DNA from: Roseitalea sp.
Lineage (GTDB): Bacteria > Pseudomonadota > Alphaproteobacteria > Rhizobiales > Rhizobiaceae
Assembly (NCBI GenBank): GCA_041752455.1
Contig: JBGSWL010000140.1
Coordinates: 45,423 to 109,422 of the forward strand
Direction of reading: 5' to 3'
DNA: 64,000 nt
The notes below the pieces were generated by a model. It ran no database searches. It saw only the letters and a list, made by a program, of their open reading frames with translations, and was not told where the DNA came from. The position numbers were made by a program, and so were the translations under genes. Shown in pieces: positions 56,741 to 64,000 of the stretch; positions within the stretch are counted from its first letter, which is position 1, and every line of letters starts with the position of its first letter.

Positions 56741-57928
56741 ATGAACGCCCCCGTCAAACAGCACCTGATCGATCCGGAAATCTGCATCCGCTGCTACACC
56801 TGCGAGATGACGTGTCCGATCGGCGCGATCACCCACGATGATGTCAATGTTGTCGTGGATGCGGCGACGTGCAATTTTTGCATGGACTGCATTCCGGTGT
56901 GCCCGACCGGTTCGATCGACGAATGGCGCGTGGTTTTAGCGCCGTATTCGCTCGACGAGCAGTATTCGTGGAGCGAGTTGCCGGCGCAGGCCGATCTCGG
57001 CCAGGACGAGGCGGCAACAAGCCTTGAAGCGCTGGACGAGGCGATGGCCGCGCTTTTGGCCGATGCGCACAAGGGCGCAGGCGGCAAGGCCAAGGCGCCG
57101 GCGAGCGCAGGCAAGCCGACCGTCAACATGTACACGCTCGGCAAACCGGCCACCGCGCGGGTGCAAGGCAACTACCGGCTGACCGATGATGACGGCCATG
57201 ATGTCCGCCACATCATTCTCGACTTTGGCGGTCAGCCGTTTCCGGTTCTGGAGGGCCAGTCGGTCGGGATCATTCCGCCCGGCACCGGCGCGGACGGCAA
57301 GCCGCACCTGCCACGGCTCTATTCGGTCTCCTCGCCGCGTGACGGGGAACGCGCCAATTTCAACAACCACTCGCTGACGGTGAAACGTGAACCGGGCGGC
57401 CTCTGCTCGAACTATCTCTGCGACCTTCAAAAGGGTGATGAGGTTGCCGTTACCGGTCCGTTCGGCGCGACATTCCTGCTGCCCGACGATCCGTCGGCGC
57501 GTTTGCTGATGATCTGCACCGGCACCGGTTCAGCGCCGATGCGCGCTTTCACCATGCGCCGCCAGCGCACGGTCGGCGCCAAATCCGGCGGCATGGTGAT
57601 GTTCTTCGGCGCGCGCTCGCCGCAGGCGCTGCCGTATTTCGGCCCGCTCGCCAAAGTGCCCGAAAGCCTTCTGAAAAAACACCTCGTCTTCAGCAGGGCG
57701 GACGGTCAGGCCAAGGAGTATGTGCAGGACCGCCTGCGGACTGAGGAAGACGAAGTGGCGGAGATGTTGCAGGATCCTGCGACGCACATCTATATCTGTG
57801 GCCTGCGCGGCATGGAGGAGGGGGTCGAGAAGGCCTTCGCCAACATAGCCGAATCCATCGGCCAATCCTGGACGGCCCTGCGCGACGGGATGCGCGAAGA
57901 GGGCCGCTATCACGTGGAAACCTACTGA
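56741..57928 (+). CDS. boxA: Benzoyl-CoA 2,3-epoxidase reductase subunit
   Basis: Two 4Fe-4S ferredoxin motifs (CIRCYTCEMTCP, CNFCMDCIPVCP) plus an FNR-type reductase domain (RLYSVSS). Confidence 0.9.
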   Translation: MNAPVKQHLIDPEICIRCYTCEMTCPIGAITHDDVNVVVDAATCNFCMDCIPVCPTGSIDEWRVVLAPYSLDEQYSWSELPAQADLGQDEAATSLEALDEAMAALLADAHKGAGGKAKAPASAGKPTVNMYTLGKPATARVQGNYRLTDDDGHDVRHIILDFGGQPFPVLEGQSVGIIPPGTGADGKPHLPRLYSVSSPRDGERANFNNHSLTVKREPGGLCSNYLCDLQKGDEVAVTGPFGATFLLPDDPSARLLMICTGTGSAPMRAFTMRRQRTVGAKSGGMVMFFGARSPQALPYFGPLAKVPESLLKKHLVFSRADGQAKEYVQDRLRTEEDEVAEMLQDPATHIYICGLRGMEEGVEKAFANIAESIGQSWTALRDGMREEGRYHVETY

Positions 57929-57930
57929 CC

Positions 57931-58365
57931 ATGACCGACAGCGCCTTCGAACACGTCATCTCGGTTACCTGGGGTGACTGCGACCCGGCGCGCATCGCCT
58001 ATACCGGGCGTCTGCCTGCCTTTGCCCTGGAAGCGATCAATGCCTGGTGGGAGCATCATCTTGGCGGCGACGGCTGGTTCCAGATGGAAATCGACCGCAA
58101 TGTCGGCACCCCCTTCGTCCATATGAGCCTGAACTTCCGTTCGCCGGTGACACCACGCCACAAGCTTGTGTGCCGCGTCTGGCCGAACAGGCTCGGGGAA
58201 ACCTCGGTCGGGTTCCGTGTCGAAGCGTTTCAGGATGGCAAATTGTCGTTCGAGGGCGACTTCGTCTGCGTCTTCATCGTGGCGCGCGAATTTCGCAAGA
58301 ACCCGCCGCCAGCCGACATCCGCGCCGTTGTCGAGCGGCATCTGCGACCGGCAAAGGCCGATTGA
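57931..58365 (+). CDS. Hotdog-fold acyl-CoA thioesterase (4HBT family)
   Basis: 144 aa with a WGDCDPARIAY N-terminal catalytic Asp context; box cluster context. Confidence 0.7.
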   Translation: MTDSAFEHVISVTWGDCDPARIAYTGRLPAFALEAINAWWEHHLGGDGWFQMEIDRNVGTPFVHMSLNFRSPVTPRHKLVCRVWPNRLGETSVGFRVEAFQDGKLSFEGDFVCVFIVAREFRKNPPPADIRAVVERHLRPAKAD

Positions 58366-58380
58366 CGCCAGTGCTGACAG

Positions 58381-58417
58381 TGCATTGCGGTTTTGCCGAA
58401 TCCGGCTACCTTATGCA
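58381..58417. promoter_or_regulatory. TGCA-containing region upstream of boxR; candidate autoregulatory operator
   Basis: TGCATTGCGG...TTATGCATTATTTT. The ATGCATTAT motif resembles CGCATTAT upstream of bclA. Confidence 0.35.
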
Positions 58418-58445
58418 TTATTTTACACAAAGCAGGCACGGCGCG

Positions 58446-59363
58446 ATGAGCGAAATCACCGATTTCAAGGGCAAGGCGGTCGAGGCCCTGCCAGCCGCCG
58501 ACACCGATGCGCTGGTGGCTGCGGTCATGCGCAAGGTTGGCGAAAGGGTTCGCAAGGCGCGCGAGCTGAAAGGCATACCGCGCCGCGTATTGTCTGACAT
58601 TTCGGGTGTTTCGCCGCGCTATCTCGCACAGCTTGAAGCCGGCGAAGGCAATATCTCGATCGGCCTGTTGCAGAAGGTGGCGTTTGCGCTCGACCATCAG
58701 ATCGAATGGTTCATGAGTGACGATGATCCATGGACGTCGGATGTGCATCATTTTGCACGCCTCTACCGGCGGGCAGGCAGCGATCTCAAGGCGCAGGTGC
58801 GCGATCTGTTGGCCCCGGACTTTGCCGGGGGCAAGCGCGCCAACCGCGTTGCGCTGGTCGGGCTGCGCGGGGCCGGCAAGTCGACGCTCGGCGCTCTGGC
58901 TGGAGCGGCGCTCGGCGTGCCGTTTGTCGAACTCAACCGCGAAATCGAGGAGCAGAGCGGCATGCCGGTCAACGAACTTCTCGCCTTCTATGGCCAGGAA
59001 GGCTACCGGCGGCTGGAAGCCCAAGCGCTGGAACGGGTCATCGCCACCCATGACACGATGGTGCTGGCGGTCGCGGGCGGCGTTGTCGCTGATCCCGATG
59101 TCTACAACGTGCTGCTCAGCCATTTTCACACGATCTGGCTGCGCGCAACGCCGGAAGACCACATGGCGCGCGTGCGGGCGCAGGGCGATACGCGGCCAAT
59201 GGCAGGAAATCCCGAGGCGATGGACCAATTGCGCTCGATCCTGACGAGCCGCGAAGCGCTTTATGCGCGCGCACTCGTGCAACTCGACACCAGCGGCAAG
59301 CCGCTTGAAACGTCCCGCGATGAACTTGTCGCGCTGATCCGGGACAACGGCTTTGTCGGGTGA
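58446..59363 (+). CDS. boxR: BoxR/BzdR-type regulator (XRE HTH fused to a shikimate-kinase-like domain)
   Basis: HTH (RRVLSDISGVSPRYLAQLEAGEGNISI) plus the P-loop GLRGAGKST and SK-like domain. ATG 58413 is an alternative start. The ORF from 58047 is an artefactual extension. Confidence 0.85.
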   Translation: MSEITDFKGKAVEALPAADTDALVAAVMRKVGERVRKARELKGIPRRVLSDISGVSPRYLAQLEAGEGNISIGLLQKVAFALDHQIEWFMSDDDPWTSDVHHFARLYRRAGSDLKAQVRDLLAPDFAGGKRANRVALVGLRGAGKSTLGALAGAALGVPFVELNREIEEQSGMPVNELLAFYGQEGYRRLEAQALERVIATHDTMVLAVAGGVVADPDVYNVLLSHFHTIWLRATPEDHMARVRAQGDTRPMAGNPEAMDQLRSILTSREALYARALVQLDTSGKPLETSRDELVALIRDNGFVG

Positions 59364-59385
59364 AATTGATGTGCCGAAGTCGCAG

Positions 59386-61455
59386 ATGACTGTGACCTGC
59401 AAGCGCGACGGCGCGACCGGCATCGTGACGATTGCCAATCCGCCGGTCAATGCGATCGGCCTTGCCGTGCGCGAAGGTCTGATGGCGGCGGTCCGCTGGG
59501 CGGAAAGCGAGCCCGGTCTGGAACGGATTGTGCTGACCGGCAGCGACAAGGTTTTTGCCGCCGGCGGCGATGCGCGCGAGTTCGACGGTCCGCCGATTGC
59601 GCCGCATCTTCCCGATGTCTGCACGGCGATCGAAACCTCCACCGTGCCGTGGATCGCTGCGGCGCAGGGCGCAGCGCTTGGCGGTGGCGCGGAACTGATG
59701 CTGGCGTGCCGCTACAGGATCGGTGCGCCGACAATGCAGTTCGGCCTGCCGGAGGTGACGCTTGGCGTGGTGCCCGGTTCCGGTGGCTCCCAGCGTATGC
59801 CGCGCCTGTGCGGTCTGGCCAAGGCGCTCGATCTGGTGACATCCGGCAAGCCATTGTCTGCCCGGGAAGCACGGGAGGCCGGGCTGATTGATGCGATTGC
59901 AGACGATCCGGTCGCCGAAGCGATGGCGATTTCGCGCGCCGATCTGGATGCGATCATCCCGGTCTCGCTGCGCCCGGCACCGGCGCTCGATGAAACCGCG
60001 CTTGCCAAGGCGCGCGCGGCTGTTGCCGCGCGCATGCGCGGGCAGGTCGCGCCGCAGCGAGCCATTGATCTGGTGGCCTTGTCGGCGACCGAGCCATTCG
60101 ACGCTGCTATGGTGCGCGAGCGGGAAACCTTCATAACCTTGCGGAACGAGCCTCAGGCGCGGGCGTTGCGCCATATCTTCTTTGCCGAGCGGGGTGCGAA
60201 GGCACCCGGCTGGCTGACAGCCGTGCCGCGCGATGTGCGCAAGTTGATTGTCGTCGGCGGCGGCACGATGGGCGCGGGGATCGCCTATGCCTTTATGAGC
60301 GCCGGGATCGCGGTGGTTCTGGTCGAGACCGACGATGCCGGTGTCGAGCGTGCGCGCAACAACGTGGAGAACATCATCGGTCAAGGCCTCAAGCGCGGGC
60401 TGCTCAGCGAAACCAACGCCGATGCCCTGCGCGCACGGCTGACGCTGACCACCGATCCGGCCGACGGTGCGGATGCCGACCTAGCGATCGAAGCGGCGTT
60501 CGAGAGCATGGACGTCAAGCGGCAGGTGTTTGCCCGCCTCGAGGGCGCGCTTTCGCCGGATGCGGTCCTCGCCACCAACACGTCCTATCTGGATATCAAT
60601 GCCATGGCGGCGGGACTGACCGATCCGTCGCGGCTGGTCGGCCTGCATTTCTTTGCGCCCGCCCACATCATGAAATTGCTGGAGATCGTGCGCGCTGCCG
60701 ACACTTCGGATGTCGCGCTGGCGACCGGGTTTGCGCTTGCAAAACGGTTGAAGAAAACGCCGGTGCTGGCCGGTGTCTGCGACGGCTTCATCGGCAACCG
60801 CATCCTTGCCCGCTACCGCGAGGCTGCCGACACGCTGTTGATGGATGGCTCGACACCGCCGGAAATCGACGAAGCGATGGTCGATTTCGGTTACGCGATG
60901 GGCCCTTACGAAGCTCAGGACCTCTCCGGTCTCGACATTGCCTTTGCCAACCGCCGCCGGCTCGACGCGACGCGCGATCCGCGCCGCCGTTACATCCCGA
61001 TTGCCGACCGCATGGTGGAACTCGGCAAACTCGGCAAGAAGACCGGCGCTGGCTGGTACCGTTATCCCGGCGGCAACGGCAAGGTCGAAGACCCGATTGT
61101 CGCCGATCTGTGCATCGAGGAAGCTTATTTCGCCAAGGTCACACGGCGCGACATCCCCGCTGACGAGATCCGCCACCGGCTGCTGCTGGCGATGATCAAC
61201 GAAGCCGCCGACATTCTCGCCGAAGGCATTGCCGCCTCGGCTGCCGACATCGATCTGGTGACGGTTGCCGGATACGGGTTTCCCCGTTGGCGCGGCGGCC
61301 TGATGCACCACGCCGATGCCATCGGCGCAGCATCGATCCTTGCCAGTCTGCGGGTTCTGGAGACGGAGGACCCGATTGTCTGGCGGCCGAGCGCGGCCAT
61401 CATTGCTTGTGCCGAGCGCGGCATCACCTTTGCCGATTACCGCCGGGACGCCTGA
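59386..61455 (+). CDS. Fused enoyl-CoA hydratase / 3-hydroxyacyl-CoA dehydrogenase (FadB/FadJ-like)
   Basis: N-terminal crotonase domain (AAGGDAREF...GGGAEL) and an NAD Rossmann fold ([12 protein letters not shown]) with a 3HCDH C-domain. The start (TTG 59353, GTG 59371 or ATG 59386) is uncertain. Confidence 0.85.
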   Translation: MTVTCKRDGATGIVTIANPPVNAIGLAVREGLMAAVRWAESEPGLERIVLTGSDKVFAAGGDAREFDGPPIAPHLPDVCTAIETSTVPWIAAAQGAALGGGAELMLACRYRIGAPTMQFGLPEVTLGVVPGSGGSQRMPRLCGLAKALDLVTSGKPLSAREAREAGLIDAIADDPVAEAMAISRADLDAIIPVSLRPAPALDETALAKARAAVAARMRGQVAPQRAIDLVALSATEPFDAAMVRERETFITLRNEPQARALRHIFFAERGAKAPGWLTAVPRDVRKLIVVGGGTMGAGIAYAFMSAGIAVVLVETDDAGVERARNNVENIIGQGLKRGLLSETNADALRARLTLTTDPADGADADLAIEAAFESMDVKRQVFARLEGALSPDAVLATNTSYLDINAMAAGLTDPSRLVGLHFFAPAHIMKLLEIVRAADTSDVALATGFALAKRLKKTPVLAGVCDGFIGNRILARYREAADTLLMDGSTPPEIDEAMVDFGYAMGPYEAQDLSGLDIAFANRRRLDATRDPRRRYIPIADRMVELGKLGKKTGAGWYRYPGGNGKVEDPIVADLCIEEAYFAKVTRRDIPADEIRHRLLLAMINEAADILAEGIAASAADIDLVTVAGYGFPRWRGGLMHHADAIGAASILASLRVLETEDPIVWRPSAAIIACAERGITFADYRRDA

Positions 61456-61485
61456 CAAACGGTGGCCAGCTTCGCCTGAAAAGGC

Positions 61486-61529
61486 TTGGCAGATCGCCTT
61501 GTCTGATTTATAGTCTGACCGGTCGGTCA
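61486..61529 (+). promoter_or_regulatory. Candidate sigma-70 promoter and overlapping operator for the paa operon
   Basis: TTGGCA-N17-TATAGT (61486-61514), followed by the inverted repeat TGACCG-GT-CGGTCA (61516-61529), about 40 nt before the paaA ATG. Confidence 0.5.
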
Positions 61530-61565
61530 ATGATTGGCGAAGACAAGCCGCGGGAGGAAAGCGAC

Positions 61566-62555
61566 ATGTATGCGCAGATGGTCACATCCACAGGCACGCT
61601 GAAAAGCCGCGAAGCGATGGACGAGCGCGAGCGCGCGTTTCAGGATCGTATCGATCGCGGCGAGAAGATCGAGCCGCAGGACTGGATGCCGGAAGGCTAT
61701 CGCAAGACGCTGATCCGGCAGATCGGCCAGCATGCGCATTCGGAAATCGTCGGCCAATTGCCTGAGGGCAACTGGATCACCCGTGCGCCGACCCTGGAAC
61801 GCAAGGCGATCCTGCTGGCCAAGGTGCAGGATGAGGCCGGCCACGGCCTTTACCTCTATTGCGCCGCTGAAACGCTGGGCGTCAGCCGTGACGAACTGTT
61901 GGCAAAGCTGCACGACGGCTCGATGAAATATTCCTCGATCTTCAATTATCCGACGCTGACCTGGGCCGATATCGGCGCGGTCGGCTGGCTGGTCGATGGG
62001 GCGGCGATCATGAACCAGGTGCCGCTGCAGCGCACATCCTACGGTCCCTATGCGCGCGCCATGGTGCGCATCTGCAAGGAAGAAAGCTTCCACCAGCGCC
62101 AGGGCTTTTCGATCATGATGAAGATGGCGAACGGCACGCAGGACCAGAAGCGGATGGCGCAGGATGCGCTGAACCGGTTCTGGTACCCCTCATTGATGAT
62201 GTTCGGCCCGTCCGACACCGAAAGCGTGCATTCGGCGCAATCCATGGCGTGGCGGATCAAGATCACGTCCAATGACGAACTGCGCCAGAAATTCGTCGAC
62301 CAGACCGTGCCGCAGGCGCATTTCCTCGGCCTCACGGTTCCGGACGACAAGCTCGCGTGGAATGAGGAAAAGGGCGGATACGACTTTTCCCAGCCTGACT
62401 GGCAGGAGTTCTACGACGTGCTTGCCGGCAATGGCCCCTGCAACAAGGAGCGCCTCGGCGCGCGGCGCAAGGCCTGGGACGATGGCGCATGGTTCCGCGA
62501 CGGCCTGACGGCGCATGCGCAAAAGCGTGCCATGGCGCGCATGGCGGCGGAGTGA
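61566..62555 (+). CDS. paaA: 1,2-phenylacetyl-CoA epoxidase subunit A
   Basis: Di-iron ligand regions ([17 protein letters not shown]) and a typical PaaA sequence. The ORF from 61287 is an extension over the upstream gene. Confidence 0.9.
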   Translation: MYAQMVTSTGTLKSREAMDERERAFQDRIDRGEKIEPQDWMPEGYRKTLIRQIGQHAHSEIVGQLPEGNWITRAPTLERKAILLAKVQDEAGHGLYLYCAAETLGVSRDELLAKLHDGSMKYSSIFNYPTLTWADIGAVGWLVDGAAIMNQVPLQRTSYGPYARAMVRICKEESFHQRQGFSIMMKMANGTQDQKRMAQDALNRFWYPSLMMFGPSDTESVHSAQSMAWRIKITSNDELRQKFVDQTVPQAHFLGLTVPDDKLAWNEEKGGYDFSQPDWQEFYDVLAGNGPCNKERLGARRKAWDDGAWFRDGLTAHAQKRAMARMAAE

Positions 62556-62559
62556 GCCG

Positions 62560-62844
62560 GTGAGCAAGGAATGGCCGCTCTGGGAAATCTTCATCCGCGG
62601 ACAGTCGGGCCTCAGCCACCGTCACGTCGGTTCGCTGCATGCGCCCGACGCCGAAATGGCGATCAAAAATGCCCGCGATGTCTATACCCGTCGCAATGAG
62701 GGCGTTTCGATCTGGGTGGTGAAGTCCATCGACATCGCCGCGTCGTCACCGTCCGACAAGGGGCCGCTGTTCGAGCCTGCCCAGTCCAAGGTCTATCGGC
62801 ACCCGACCTTCTTCGAGATCCCCGACGACGTGGGGAACATGTGA
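62560..62844 (+). CDS. paaB: 1,2-phenylacetyl-CoA epoxidase subunit B
   Basis: GTG start; WPLWEIFIR...HVGSLHA...A..NARDVYTRR is typical of PaaB, about 94 aa. Confidence 0.9.
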   Translation: MSKEWPLWEIFIRGQSGLSHRHVGSLHAPDAEMAIKNARDVYTRRNEGVSIWVVKSIDIAASSPSDKGPLFEPAQSKVYRHPTFFEIPDDVGNM

Positions 62845-63608
62845 TGCAGCCGCAGACCATTCCTCCAATTGTCCGGTTTTGCCTTCGCATGGGCGACAAC
62901 ACGCTGATCCTGTCGCACCGCGTTTCGCAGTGGTGCGGCCATGCGCCGGTGCTGGAAGAGGACATCGCGCTTGCCAACGTGGCGCTGGATCTGATCGGCC
63001 AGACACAGATGTGGCTTGGCCTTGCCGGAGATCTGGAAGGTGCGGGCCGGTCCGCTGACGATATCGCCTATCGCCGCGACGCGATGGATTTTCTCAACGT
63101 GCTGCTGGTCGAACGACCCAACGGCGATTTCGGCCAGACGCTGATGCGCCAGTTCCTGTTCGATGCCTGGCACCACACCATGCTCACCGCGCTGATGACC
63201 TCGTCCGAGCCGCGCGTTGCGGAAATCGCAACCAAGGCTGTCCGTGAAGTTGCCTATCATCTGGAACGCTCGTCCGATCTCGTCATCCGCCTTGGCGACG
63301 GCACGGCTGAAAGCCATGCCCGCATGCAGGCCGCACTCCACGACCAGTGGACTTTTGCTGGTGAAATGTTCGATGTCGACGAGGCTGATCACGCGCTAGC
63401 CGAGGCGGGTATTGCGCCCGATCCCGCCAGCCTGAAGCCGCGCTGGGATGCCCTTGTCGGCGATATTCTCGCCGAGGCGACGCTGGCCATTCCCGACAAC
63501 CGCTTTGTGCATCGCGGCGGGCGCGTCGGCCGGCACACCGAGCATCTCGGCCACATCCTCTCGGACATGCAGTTCCTGCAGCGGGCCTATCCCGATGCCA
63601 GTTGGTGA
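62841..63608 (+). CDS. paaC: 1,2-phenylacetyl-CoA epoxidase subunit C
   Basis: PaaC-like sequence (LGDNTLILSHRVSQWCGHAPVLEEDIALANVALDLIGQ); overlaps the paaB stop. Confidence 0.9.
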   Translation: MMQPQTIPPIVRFCLRMGDNTLILSHRVSQWCGHAPVLEEDIALANVALDLIGQTQMWLGLAGDLEGAGRSADDIAYRRDAMDFLNVLLVERPNGDFGQTLMRQFLFDAWHHTMLTALMTSSEPRVAEIATKAVREVAYHLERSSDLVIRLGDGTAESHARMQAALHDQWTFAGEMFDVDEADHALAEAGIAPDPASLKPRWDALVGDILAEATLAIPDNRFVHRGGRVGRHTEHLGHILSDMQFLQRAYPDASW

Positions 63609-64000
63609 AGCGCTGATCCCGGTCGAGACGATCCGGAACTGGCTGAATGAGGTGCCGGACCCGGAAATACCAGTCGTGTCCGTCGTCGAGATCGGCATTG
63701 TGCGCGACATCGCCTTCGATGGCGAAACGCTGGTCGTGGCGGTGACACCGACCTATTCCGGCTGCCCGGCGACTTCCGTCATCACCATCGACATCGAGGC
63801 GGCGCTGCGCGCACACGGGATTTCGGATCTGCGGATCGAGCGGCGCCTGTCTCCGCCCTGGACTACCGACTGGATCGGTGCTGAAGCGCGGGAAAAGCTG
63901 CGCGCCTATGGCATCGCGCCGCCGATCGACGGCACCGCGTCCACCGGTGCGCGGATCGAACGTATCCTCACCGGCGGCAACAGCCAGGTCGAATGTCCTC
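63595..64000 (+). CDS. paaD: Phenylacetate-CoA oxygenase subunit PaaD (PaaJ), 3'-truncated by the window end
   Basis: Not in the ORF track because it has no stop in the window. My translation is MPVGEALIPVETIRNWLNEVPDPEIPVVSVVEIGIVRD...PTYSGCPAT...VECP, typical of PaaD. It overlaps the paaC stop. Confidence 0.85.
   Translation, partial: MPVGEALIPVETIRNWLNEVPDPEIPVVSVVEIGIVRDIAFDGETLVVAVTPTYSGCPATSVITIDIEAALRAHGISDLRIERRLSPPWTTDWIGAEAREKLRAYGIAPPIDGTASTGARIERILTGGNSQVECP

Overview
High-GC, gene-dense, alphaproteobacterium-like window (PcaQ, an Irr-like Fur protein and a SoxCD-containing Sox system suggest Rhizobiales/Rhodobacterales; this is inference). I saw no rRNA, tRNA, CRISPR array, transposase or integrase. 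Layout: (1) 1-5.1 kb holds a sugar-type ABC ATPase, three Gfo/Idh/MocA oxidoreductases and an unlinked pcaD. (2) 5.6-23.6 kb is a complete sulfur-oxidation island: two soxT-like YeeE genes, a Tat-signal MBL hydrolase, soxR-soxS divergent from soxVW-YZAXBCDEF, then a persulfide-dioxygenase-like MBL, a DUF442-type protein and a SulP/STAS transporter. (3) kynureninase. (4) 24.9-29.3 kb is the least explained part: a secreted S8 protease with a poly-Asp tract lies divergent from an ECF sigma / anti-sigma / unknown-protein operon, followed by a convergent secreted protein whose last 86 residues are almost only Ser/Asn. The same GGAATA-N16-CGTT promoter-like motif sits upstream of the sigma operon and of the Ser/Asn gene. 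A near-copy with 15-nt spacing faces the protease gene from inside a palindrome. I rank this candidate ECF-controlled extracytoplasmic module as the top finding. (5) 29.4-64 kb is a contiguous aromatic-catabolism supercluster: pcaCHGIJFB/pcaQ, pobA, a gentisate/3-hydroxybenzoate operon with a MarR, a TRAP transporter, a hydroxycinnamate-type CoA cluster, the aerobic benzoyl-CoA (box) cluster with boxR, a FadB-like fusion and paaABCD (truncated at the window end). Other signals: two about 75-nt hairpins built from GGTGAAT heptads after boxC and boxB, TGCA-containing AT-rich islands upstream of bclA, boxC and boxR, candidate SoxR operators sharing CATATTTG, and a small strongly SD-preceded ORF coupled to soxY. 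Start codons were refined by ORF arithmetic and SD inspection. All functional calls come from recognising the translated sequences, not from database searches.
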